Virus record (IMG/VR): IMGVR_UViG_3300029080_000025
Coordinates: 1 to 6,492 of that record
Length of the DNA: 6,492 nucleotides
Direction: 5' to 3' (one strand)
From: a virus
Lineage: Duplodnaviria; Heunggongvirae; Uroviricota; Caudoviricetes
Of the stretch, positions 1-6,492 are shown piece by piece. The notes beneath the pieces were generated by a model that was given only the letters and a program-made list of their open reading frames with translations, was not told where the DNA came from and ran no database searches. Each line of letters starts with the position of its first letter. The first letter of the stretch is position 1. A program made the position numbers and the translations under genes.

Positions 1-296
1 AGAATCTCTATCTGGATAATCTGGAGGCCACAGGGCTGTATCAGGTGCCGTTGTCATCAGTACAACCGGGTGATGTGCTGCTGTGCTGTTTTGGTTCATC
101 GGTGCCGAATCATGCCGCTATTTACTGTGGTGACGGCGAGCTGCTGCACCATATTCCTGAACAACTGAGCAAACGAGAGAGGTATACCGACAAATGGCAG
201 CGACGCACACACTCCCTCTGGCGTCACCGGGCATGGCACGCATCTGCCTTTACGGGGATTTACAACGATTTGGCCGGCGCATCGACCTTCGTGTGA
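1..296 (+). CDS. K: Phage tail tip assembly protein K, C-terminal part (5' end lies upstream of the window)
   Basis: The frame is open from the window edge to the TGA at 294-296. The translation (...VQPGDVLLCCFGSSVPNHAAIYCGDGELLHHIPEQLSKRERYTDKWQRRTHSLWRHRAWHASAFTGIYNDLAGASTFV) matches my recollection of the C-terminus of lambda gpK. Its position directly upstream of and overlapping I is as in lambda. Confidence 0.85.
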   Translation, partial: NLYLDNLEATGLYQVPLSSVQPGDVLLCCFGSSVPNHAAIYCGDGELLHHIPEQLSKRERYTDKWQRRTHSLWRHRAWHASAFTGIYNDLAGASTFV

Positions 297-865
297 AAAC
301 GGGGGCTGAAGCCATCCGGGCACTGGCCACACAGCTCCCGGCGTTTCGTCAGAAACTGAGCGACGGCTGGTATCAGGTACGGATTGCCGGGCAGGATGTC
401 AGCACGTCCGGATTAACGGCGCAGTTACATGAGACTCTGCCTGATGGCGCTGTGATTCATATTGTTCCCAGAGTCGCCGGGGCCAAGTCAGGTGGTGTAT
501 TCCAGATTGTCCTGGGAGCAGCCGCCATTGCCGGATCATTCTTTACCGCCGGAGCCACCCTTGCAGCATGGGGGGCAGCCATTGGGGCCGGTGGTATGAC
601 CGGCATCCTGTTTTCTCTCGGTGCCAGTATGGTGCTTGGCGGTGTGGCCCAGATGCTGGCCCCTAAACCCAGAACTCCCCGCACACAAACAACGGATAAC
701 GGTAAGCAGAACACGTATTTCTCGTCACTGGACAACATGGTTGCCCAGGGCAATGTTCTGCCTGTTCTGTACGGTGAAATGCGCGTGGGGTCACGTGTTG
801 TCTCTCAGGAGATCAGCACGGCAGACGAGGGGGACGGTGGTCAGGTTGTGGTGATTGGTCGCTGA
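194..865 (+). CDS. I: Phage tail tip assembly protein I
   Basis: 223-aa ORF from ATG to TGA (863-865). The translation (MAATHTLPLASPGMARICLYGDLQRFGRRIDLRVKTGAEAIRALATQL...GDGGQVVVIGR) is near-identical, as recalled, to lambda gpI, which has the same length. It overlaps the K 3' end out of frame, as in lambda. Confidence 0.9.
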   Translation: MAATHTLPLASPGMARICLYGDLQRFGRRIDLRVKTGAEAIRALATQLPAFRQKLSDGWYQVRIAGQDVSTSGLTAQLHETLPDGAVIHIVPRVAGAKSGGVFQIVLGAAAIAGSFFTAGATLAAWGAAIGAGGMTGILFSLGASMVLGGVAQMLAPKPRTPRTQTTDNGKQNTYFSSLDNMVAQGNVLPVLYGEMRVGSRVVSQEISTADEGDGGQVVVIGR

Positions 866-866
866 T

Positions 867-896
867 AATCACCGCCAGCTATGACGGTGATTGTTT
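867..896 (+). terminator. Candidate weak hairpin plus T-rich tract between convergent I and sodC
   Basis: Inverted repeat aatcaccg (867-874) / cggtgatt (884-891) with a 9-nt loop, followed by gtttt. The stem is short and only half G/C, so this is weak; it may be a bidirectional stop or nothing. Confidence 0.2.
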
Positions 897-907
897 TAGG
901 CTGTTTG

Positions 908-1437
908 TTATTTAATTATTCCGCATGCCAGTCTTGCGCCCCCACCCCCCAGAGGAGCAGGTGAATCGGANNNNNNNNNNNNTTATCCCCTCCGGCATGA
1001 ATCATGATCGCCCGTTCTTTTATCTGGCTTATTTTTTTTATTTTTGGACTCAGAACCGGGTTTTCTGCATTTCCTTCTGAGTTGACATAGAGTGCTGGTA
1101 GATCACCCAGATGGCCCTCCGGATTGTACGGCCCAAGATGTTTATTTGTTTGTTCAGGATCATAATGCCCACCGGCAGCAAGAGCTGGCACTTTTTTTCC
1201 ATTAATCAGACCGGGATCACAACTGGCATTTTCATGGATATGAAAGCCATGTAACCCTGGTGGTAGTTCTTTCAGATGAGGAGTGAACAGCAATCCGTAG
1301 CTGGTTTCTGAAATAGTTATTTCCCCTATATTTTTCCCTACTCCTTCTGAGGAAACGAGATTTACAGGGATCGTCATTGTATCAGCCATTACGGCTCCAC
1401 TAAGTAGCGCAGTTACAGCAAGTATTTTTTTTATCAT
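908..1437 (-). CDS. sodC: Periplasmic copper/zinc superoxide dismutase (SodC family), prophage cargo; reading frame interrupted by an N-run at 971-982
   Basis: Reverse-strand ORF starting at ATG 1435-1437. It encodes a signal-peptide-like N-terminus (MIKKILAVTALLSGAVMA) and Cu/Zn-SOD hallmark motifs (GFHIHENASC, PALAAGGHYDP, GHLGDLP, MIHAGGD). After the N-run the ORF-track frame is wrong. The adjacent frame reads SDSPAPLGGGGARLACGIIK and stops at TAA (rc of 908-910), the expected SodC C-terminus including the disulfide cysteine. I therefore place the true 3' end at 908 rather than 916. Confidence 0.85.
971..982. other. Run of 12 ambiguous bases (assembly gap or masked bases) inside sodC
   Basis: Literal n characters at 971-982. 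The flanking codons show the real missing length must be 1 mod 3 for sodC to be intact, whereas 12 is 0 mod 3, so the N-run length is probably arbitrary. Confidence 0.95.
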
Positions 1438-1570
1438 AAATACCCCGTCATTTCGTGTTGTTAATCAAGGTGATTTAAGTTTTAACAAATGAAATACAAC
1501 AGATGCATTTTTGTTGCAAGCGGTCGTTATATGGTTCGCATAAAATTGATTACTGTTTCGGGAATTATCT
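1438..1570. promoter_or_regulatory. AT-rich divergent intergenic region between the sodC start and J start; probable location of the sodC promoter and 5' UTR
   Basis: 133-bp AT-rich spacer between divergently oriented sodC (-) and J (+). On the minus strand a TTGCAA (rc of 1514-1519) lies 17 nt upstream of TATTTC, and GGGG sits 5-8 nt upstream of the sodC ATG as a Shine-Dalgarno candidate. The promoter hexamers are weak matches and not confirmed. Confidence 0.3.
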
Positions 1571-4500
1571 ATGGGTAAAGGTGGCACTAAGGGGCATACC
1601 CCGCGCGAAGCGAAGGACAACCTGAAATCATCCCAGCTGCTGAGCGTGATAGACGCCATCAGTGAAGGGCCGATTGAAGGTCCGGTGGACGGATTAAAAA
1701 GTGTGCTGCTGAACAGTACGCCGGTGCTGGACAGTGAGGGGAATACCAATATCTCCGGTGTCACGGTGGTGTTCCGGGCAGGTGAGCAGGAGCAGACACC
1801 GCCGGAGGGATTTGAATCCTCCGGTTCAGAAACCGTTATCGGTGCAGAATTAAAATATGACAATCCGCTCACCCGGACCATCACGTCGGCAAACATCGAC
1901 CGTCTGCGCCTGACCTTCGGTGTGCAGGCACTGGTGGAAACCACTTCAAAGGGGGACCGGAATCCGTCGGAAGTTCGCCTGCTGGTTCAGATACAACGTA
2001 ATGGTGGCTGGGTGACGGAAAAAGACATCACCATTAAGGGCAAAACCACCTCACAGTATCTGGCCTCGGTGGTGGTGGATAATCTGCCGCCGCGACCGTT
2101 CAGTATCAGGATGCGCAGGATGACGCCGGACAGCACCACAGACCAGTTGCAGAACAAAACGCTCTGGTCGTCATACACCGAAATTATCGATGTGAAACAG
2201 TGCTACCCGAACACGGCACTGGTCGGCGTGCAGGTGGACTCTGAGCAGTTCGGCAGCCAGCAGGTGAGCCGTAATTATCATCTGCGCGGGCGCATTCTGC
2301 AGGTGCCGTCGAACTATAACCCGCAAACACGGCAATACAGCGGTATCTGGGACGGAACGTTCAGGCCAGCGTACAGCGACAACATGGCCTGGTGTCTGTG
2401 GGACATGCTGACCCACCCGCGCTACGGCATGGGGAAACGTCTTGGTGCGGCGGATGTTGATAAATGGGCGTTGTATGCCATCGGTCGGTACTGCGACCAG
2501 TCGGTACCGGATGGCTCTGGCGGCACGGAGCCGCGCATCACCTGTAATGCGTACCTGACCACACAGCGCAAGGCGTGGGATGTGCTCAGTGATTTCTGCT
2601 CGGCGATGCGCTGTATGCCGGTATGGAACGGGCAGACGCTGACGTTCGTGCAGGACCGGCCATCGGATAAGGTGTGGACCTATAACCGCAGTAATGTGGT
2701 GATGCCGGATGATGGCGCGCCGTTCCGCTACAGCTTCAGCGCCCTGAAGGACCGCCATAATGCCGTTGAGGTGAACTGGATTGACCCGGACAACGGCTGG
2801 GAGACGGCAACAGAGCTTGTGGAGGACACGCAGGCCATTGCCCGTTACGGTCGTAACGTCACGAAGATGGATGCCTTTGGCTGTACCAGCCGGGGGCAGG
2901 CACACCGAGCCGGGCTGTGGCTGATTAAAACAGAACTGCTGGAAACGCAGACCGTGGATTTCAGCGTGGGTGCAGAAGGGCTTCGCCATGTGCCGGGAGA
3001 CGTCATTGAAATCTGCGATGATGACTATGCGGGTATCAGCATCGGTGGTCGCGTGCTGGCGGTGAACAGCCAGACCCGGACGCTGACGCTCGACCGTGAA
3101 ATCACGCTGCCAGCCTCCGGCACCACACTGATAAGCCTGGTCGACGGGACGGGGAGTCCGGTCAGCGTGGTGGTCCAGTCCGTCACCGACGGCGTGCAGG
3201 TGAAAGTGAGCCGGGTTCCTGACGGCGTTGCCGGATACAGCGTGTGGGGGCTGAAGCTGCCGACGCTGCGCCAGCGCCTGTTCCGCTGCGTGAGTATCCG
3301 TGAGAACGACGACGGCACGTACGCTGTCACTGCCGTGCAGCATGTGCCTGAAAAAGAGGCTATCGTGGATAACGGGGCGCACTTTGACGGCGACCAGAGC
3401 GGCACGGTGAATGGTGTCACGCCGCCAGCAGTGCAGCACCTGACCGCAGAAGTCTCCGCAGACAGCGGGGAGTATCAGGTGCTGGCGCGCTGGGACACGC
3501 CGAAGGTGGTGAAGGGGGTGAGCTTTATGCTTCGCCTGACCGTGGCAGCGGACGACGGCAGTGAGCGGTTGGTCAGCACGGCCCGGACGACGGAAACCAC
3601 ATACCGCTTCACGCAACTGGCGCCAGGGAACTACAGGCTGACAGTCCGGGCGGTAAATGCGTGGGGACAGCAGGGCGACCCGGCGTCGGTATCGTTCAGG
3701 ATTGCCGCACCGGCAGCGCCGTCACAGATTGAGCTGACGCCGGGCTATTTTCAGATAACCGCCACGCCGCATCTTGCCGTTTATGACCCGACGGTACAGT
3801 TTGAGTTCTGGTTTTCGGAAAAGCGGATTACCGATATCAGGCAGGTTGAAACCACAGCCCGCTATCTTGGCACGGGGATGTACTGGATAGCCGCCAGTAT
3901 CAATATCAAACCGGGCCATGATTATTACTTTTATATCCGCAGCGTGAACACCGTTGGCAAATCGGCATTCGTGGAGGCTGTCGGTCAGGCGAGCGATGAT
4001 GCGGAAGGTTACCTGGATTTTTTCAAAGGCCAGATAACCGAATCCCATCTCGGCAAGGAGCTGCTGGAAAAAGTCGAGCTGACGGAGGATAACGCCAGCA
4101 AACTGGAGGAGTTTTCGAAAGAGTGGCAGGACGCCAACGATAAGTGGAATGCCATGTGGGGCGTCAAAATTGAGCAGACCAAAGACGGCAAACATTATGT
4201 CGCGGGTATTGGCCTCAGCATGGAGGACACGGAAGAAGGCAAGCTGAGCCAGTTTCTGGTTGCCGCTAACCGTATCGCGTTTATTGACCCGGCAAACGGG
4301 AATGAAACGCCGATGTTTGTGGCGCAGGGCAATCAGATATTTATGAACGACGTGTTCCTGAAGCGTCTGACGGCCCCGACCATTACCAGTGGTGGAAATC
4401 CACCGGCATTTTCCCTGACACCGGACGGGCGGCTGACGGCGAAAAACGCTGATATCAGCGGTAACGTGAATGCGAACTCCGGGACGCTCAACAATGTCAC

Positions 4501-4984
4501 GATAAGTGAGAACTGTACGATTAAGGGCATGCTGGAGGCGACCCAGGTCAGAGGGGATTTCGTTAAAGCTGTATCAAAAGCCTTCCCGAAAAAAGTCGGT
4601 ACGTGGGGTAACACGGAAACGCCAGACGGGACGGTTACAGTCACCATCAGCGATGATCATAACTTTGACCGTCAGATTATTATCCCGCCCATTATCTTTA
4701 ACGGTATAGCGTATACCGATCCGGGAAGTGGTAATAACCCGGGAGGTACAAGGTACACGGGTTATGGATTTGAAGTTCGCAAAAACGGCGTATTAATCGC
4801 ATCCAGAGAAACTAAAGGGGCCATTCCCGGTAGTTACAGTGCGGTTATTGATATGCCGAGTGGGCGAGGTAGCGTCACTCTGGAGTTTAAGATTTACCAG
4901 AAAGGCAATCAGGGGGCAGGCAATATCACCGACTGTACGGTGATTGTGACCAAAAAAGCGGCTTCCGGCATCAGTATCCGTTGA
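1571..4984 (+). CDS. J: Phage host specificity protein J (central tail fibre / tail tip protein)
   Basis: 1137-aa ORF. The N-terminal and central regions ([54 protein letters not shown]...; ...[39 protein letters not shown]...) closely match my recollection of lambda gpJ (1132 aa), including the fibronectin-III-like middle region. The position downstream of K and I is as in lambda. Confidence 0.95.
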   Translation: MGKGGTKGHTPREAKDNLKSSQLLSVIDAISEGPIEGPVDGLKSVLLNSTPVLDSEGNTNISGVTVVFRAGEQEQTPPEGFESSGSETVIGAELKYDNPLTRTITSANIDRLRLTFGVQALVETTSKGDRNPSEVRLLVQIQRNGGWVTEKDITIKGKTTSQYLASVVVDNLPPRPFSIRMRRMTPDSTTDQLQNKTLWSSYTEIIDVKQCYPNTALVGVQVDSEQFGSQQVSRNYHLRGRILQVPSNYNPQTRQYSGIWDGTFRPAYSDNMAWCLWDMLTHPRYGMGKRLGAADVDKWALYAIGRYCDQSVPDGSGGTEPRITCNAYLTTQRKAWDVLSDFCSAMRCMPVWNGQTLTFVQDRPSDKVWTYNRSNVVMPDDGAPFRYSFSALKDRHNAVEVNWIDPDNGWETATELVEDTQAIARYGRNVTKMDAFGCTSRGQAHRAGLWLIKTELLETQTVDFSVGAEGLRHVPGDVIEICDDDYAGISIGGRVLAVNSQTRTLTLDREITLPASGTTLISLVDGTGSPVSVVVQSVTDGVQVKVSRVPDGVAGYSVWGLKLPTLRQRLFRCVSIRENDDGTYAVTAVQHVPEKEAIVDNGAHFDGDQSGTVNGVTPPAVQHLTAEVSADSGEYQVLARWDTPKVVKGVSFMLRLTVAADDGSERLVSTARTTETTYRFTQLAPGNYRLTVRAVNAWGQQGDPASVSFRIAAPAAPSQIELTPGYFQITATPHLAVYDPTVQFEFWFSEKRITDIRQVETTARYLGTGMYWIAASINIKPGHDYYFYIRSVNTVGKSAFVEAVGQASDDAEGYLDFFKGQITESHLGKELLEKVELTEDNASKLEEFSKEWQDANDKWNAMWGVKIEQTKDGKHYVAGIGLSMEDTEEGKLSQFLVAANRIAFIDPANGNETPMFVAQGNQIFMNDVFLKRLTAPTITSGGNPPAFSLTPDGRLTAKNADISGNVNANSGTLNNVTISENCTIKGMLEATQVRGDFVKAVSKAFPKKVGTWGNTETPDGTVTVTISDDHNFDRQIIIPPIIFNGIAYTDPGSGNNPGGTRYTGYGFEVRKNGVLIASRETKGAIPGSYSAVIDMPSGRGSVTLEFKIYQKGNQGAGNITDCTVIVTKKAASGISIR

Positions 4985-5005
4985 AATATTTATAACCCTA
5001 ATAAC

Positions 5006-5031
5006 GGGCGCCAGAAATGGCGCCTTTTTTA
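5006..5031 (+). terminator. Rho-independent terminator downstream of J (tJ-like)
   Basis: GC stem ggcgcc (5007-5012) / ggcgcc (5019-5024) with loop agaaat, followed by tttttt (5025-5030). It lies 22 nt after the J stop codon. Confidence 0.6.
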
Positions 5032-5045
5032 TTTGTGGAGTGAGT

Positions 5046-6098
5046 ATGGCAGTACAGATTTCAGGTGTACTGAAAGATGGTGCAGGTAAGCCGATACAAA
5101 ACTGCACCATTCAGCTAAAGGCCAGACGTAACAGCACCACGGTGGTGGTGAACACAGTGGCCTCAGAAAACCCGGATGAAGCCGGGCGTTACACAATGGA
5201 CGTTGAGTACGGTCAGTACAGCGTCATTCTGTTGGTGGAGGGATTTCCGCCGTCACATGCCGGGACCATCACCGTGTATGAAGATTCTCAGCCGGGTACG
5301 CTGAATGATTTTCTCGGTGCCATGACGGAGGAGGATGCCCGGCCGGAGGCACTGCGCCGTTTTGAACAGATGGTGGAAGAGGCAGCGCGTCACGCTGAGG
5401 AGGCGAAGAAGAATGCCGGAGAGGCAGAGACGTCAGCGAGGAATGCGGGTATATCAGTCGGCCAGGCGGAAAAGAGTGCAGTAAATGCTGACACTTCAGC
5501 AGGGGAGGCATCGGAGTCAGCCCGGCAGGCGGCAGAAAGTGCAGCCTCAGCAAAGCAGTCAGAGGATGCGTCCTCGTCCTCGGCTTCTGCGGCCGCTCAA
5601 AAAGCCAGTGAGTCATCACAAAGTGCAGCAGAAGCTGAATTGTCAAGAAAGACGGCAGAAAGTGCAGCCGGTAATGCATCCAGGGATGCAACGACCGCAG
5701 CAGAAAAAGCCCGGGAGTCAGCAGAAAGCGCACAGTCAGCGGAACAAAGCAGGATAGCGGCGGAAGAGGCCGTAAACCGAATCCCCACCGTGGTGGGACC
5801 TCCCGGGCCAAAGGGGGAACAGGGGCCCGCTGGCCCTCAGGGGCCGAAGGGAGACCCGGGCGAGACACAAATCCGTTTTCGTCTGGGGCCGATGAGCATT
5901 ATTGAGACAAACAGCTATGGCTGGTTCCCGGATACAGATGGTGCGCTCATCACCGGACTGACCTTTCTTGACCCCAAAGATGCCACACAGGTTCAGGGGG
6001 TGTTTCAGCATTTGCAGGTCAGATTTGGTGACGGGCCGTGGCAGGATGTTAAGGGGCTGGATGAAGTGGGCAGTGATACAGGCAGAACAGGAGAATGA
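5046..6098 (+). CDS. stf: Side tail fibre protein (lambda Stf-like N-terminus, Ala/Ser/Glu-rich shaft, collagen-like Gly-X-Y segment, short distinct C-terminal domain)
   Basis: ORF ending at TGA 6096-6098. I prefer ATG 5046 (GGAG at 5037-5040, 5-nt spacing) over the in-frame GTG at 5040 because MAVQISGVLKDGAGKPIQNCTIQLKARRNSTTVVVNTVASENPDEAGRY... then matches the recalled lambda Stf N-terminus (MAVKISGVLKDG...). It is much shorter (350 aa) than lambda Stf (774 aa). Confidence 0.85.
   Translation: MAVQISGVLKDGAGKPIQNCTIQLKARRNSTTVVVNTVASENPDEAGRYTMDVEYGQYSVILLVEGFPPSHAGTITVYEDSQPGTLNDFLGAMTEEDARPEALRRFEQMVEEAARHAEEAKKNAGEAETSARNAGISVGQAEKSAVNADTSAGEASESARQAAESAASAKQSEDASSSSASAAAQKASESSQSAAEAELSRKTAESAAGNASRDATTAAEKARESAESAQSAEQSRIAAEEAVNRIPTVVGPPGPKGEQGPAGPQGPKGDPGETQIRFRLGPMSIIETNSYGWFPDTDGALITGLTFLDPKDATQVQGVFQHLQVRFGDGPWQDVKGLDEVGSDTGRTGE
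5370..5790 (+). repeat. Low-complexity Ala/Ser/Glu-rich coding repeats within stf (imperfect tandem AESA-type units)
   Basis: Recurring nucleotide motifs gcagaaagtgcag / gcagaaagcgcac / gcggaaaagagtgcag encode repeated AESAA-like peptide units (EAARHAEEAKKNAGEAETSARNAG...SESARQAAESAASAKQSEDASSSSASAAAQKASESSQSAAEAELSRKTAESAAGNAS...). Boundaries are approximate. Confidence 0.6.
5796..5864 (+). repeat. Collagen-like Gly-X-Y triplet repeat within stf
   Basis: The in-frame codons read GPP GPK GEQ GPA GPQ GPK GDP GE, i.e. seven consecutive G-X-Y triplets plus a trailing Gly-Glu, on a GC-rich stretch (gggccaaagggggaacaggggcccgctggccctcaggggccgaagggagacccgggc). Confidence 0.8.
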
Positions 6099-6099
6099 C

Positions 6100-6369
6100 A
6101 TGAACATACTAAAAAAACTTATGCAGCGTCTGTGCGGTTGCGGAAAGCATGATGGCCGTGAACACGGGCAGTCACTTACAGCACAACTGCGACTGGGGCC
6201 GGCAGACATCCTGGAGTCAGATGAGAATGGTATTATCCCGGAGCAGGCCAGGGTAATCACGCAGGTGGTGATACTGGATGCGGATAAAAAGCAGATACAG
6301 TGCGTGGTAAGACCGCTGCAAATTCTGCGTGCTGACGGGAAGTGGGAAAATATTGGCGGGATGAAGTAA
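6100..6369 (+). CDS. Hypothetical 89-aa protein, unknown function, immediately downstream of and closely coupled to stf
   Basis: ATG at 6100 with AGGAG at 6089-6093 (6-nt spacing), ending at TAA 6367-6369. Translation: MNILKKLMQRLCGCGKHDGREHGQSLTAQLRLGPADILESDENGIIPEQARVITQVVILDADKKQIQCVVRPLQILRADGKWENIGGMK. The ORF track extends this frame back to 5968, but that part overlaps stf and has no better start signal. I recognise no family. Confidence 0.55.
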   Translation: MNILKKLMQRLCGCGKHDGREHGQSLTAQLRLGPADILESDENGIIPEQARVITQVVILDADKKQIQCVVRPLQILRADGKWENIGGMK

Positions 6370-6383
6370 CCCGACAGCTTCAC

Positions 6384-6409
6384 AAAACCGGAGTCCGGCT
6401 CCGGTTTTT
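6384..6409 (+). terminator. Rho-independent terminator downstream of the small ORF
   Basis: Stem aaaaccggag (6384-6393) / ctccggtttt (6399-6408) with loop tccgg; the T-run is ttttt at 6405-6409. It lies 15 nt after the stop codon. Confidence 0.6.
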
Positions 6410-6492
6410 GTGTTGCAATGTCCGGGGGATATTTGTTAAGTAGATGACAGAGGAGCTAATTTAACAGGGAGATAAATTAATGCCGATAAATC

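Noticed and set aside
96-854. Short ORFs 96..332 (-), 457..753 (-) and 621..854 (+) within K and I
   Set aside because: They are embedded in or antisense to K and I, which are strongly supported by their translations. No independent signals support them.
1465-1944. 159-aa minus-strand ORF spanning the J 5' end and the sodC-J intergenic region
   Set aside because: It overlaps the confidently assigned J start on the opposite strand and its 5' part sits in the likely sodC promoter region. The translation has no recognisable features.
3025-3420. 131-aa minus-strand ORF inside J
   Set aside because: Same reasoning as above: an antisense frame inside J with a Ser/Thr/Pro-rich composition typical of non-coding frames.
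2171-3616. 481-aa ORF on the minus strand, entirely inside J
   Set aside because: It is antisense to a well-supported, GC-rich gene. The product is Arg/His/Ala/Pro-rich low-complexity sequence, typical of an open antisense frame in high-GC coding DNA, with no recognisable start context.
4550-4558. RGD tripeptide in the J C-terminal region
   Set aside because: RGD is an integrin-binding motif in eukaryotic contexts. A single tripeptide is expected by chance in an 1137-aa protein and has no support as a functional motif in a phage tail protein.
5040-5045. GTG at 5040 as the stf start (MSMAVQ...)
   Set aside because: The ATG at 5046 gives an N-terminus MAVQISGVLKDG that matches lambda Stf and has better spacing to the GGAG at 5037-5040. 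GTG 5040 would overlap the Shine-Dalgarno.
3722-5110. Minus-strand ORFs 3722..4195, 4009..4191, 4333..4647 and 4793..5110, and + strand ORF 4506..4709, within the J 3' half
   Set aside because: They are antisense or off-frame relative to J and have no recognisable domains. The last one also runs across the J terminator and the stf start.
5968-6099. Upstream extension of the small ORF to an ATG at 5968 (133-aa version in the ORF track)
   Set aside because: The extension overlaps the stf 3' end in another frame and has no ribosome-binding site. The internal ATG at 6100 has a strong AGGAG and lies just after the stf stop, so the 89-aa form is preferred.
5269-6383. Minus-strand ORFs (5269..5868, 5597..5788, 5736..6383) and the + strand 90-aa ORF 5485..5757 overlapping stf and the small ORF
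   Set aside because: They are antisense or alternative frames of the repeat-rich stf region. The products are Pro/Leu/Ser-rich or Gln/Arg/Lys-rich low-complexity translations of the same repeats.
1-6492. Possible CRISPR array, tRNA or rRNA genes, integrase or att sites, insertion sequences
   Set aside because: I found no regularly spaced direct repeats, no cloverleaf-compatible tRNA-like segments, and no integrase or transposase-like ORFs. The only repeats are the coding repeats inside stf.

Overview
This window is the tail-tip and host-range module of a lambda-like (lambdoid siphovirus) prophage, probably from an enterobacterial genome. On the + strand, in lambda gene order, it carries the 3' end of tail assembly gene K, tail assembly gene I, the 1137-aa host-specificity protein J, and a short side-tail-fibre (Stf-like) gene. 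A small unassigned ORF follows stf. Between I and J sits a reverse-strand, AT-rich periplasmic Cu/Zn superoxide dismutase gene (sodC), a classic prophage moron, interrupted by a 12-N run that breaks its frame in the six-frame track. Hairpin plus T-run terminators follow J and the small ORF. I see no CRISPR array, tRNA, rRNA, integrase or transposase. Nothing here looks like a wholly new system; the points worth a second look are the sodC cargo, the J C-terminus, the short collagen-like fibre and the unassigned 89-aa ORF. All family assignments come from reading the translations against remembered protein families; no database search was run.
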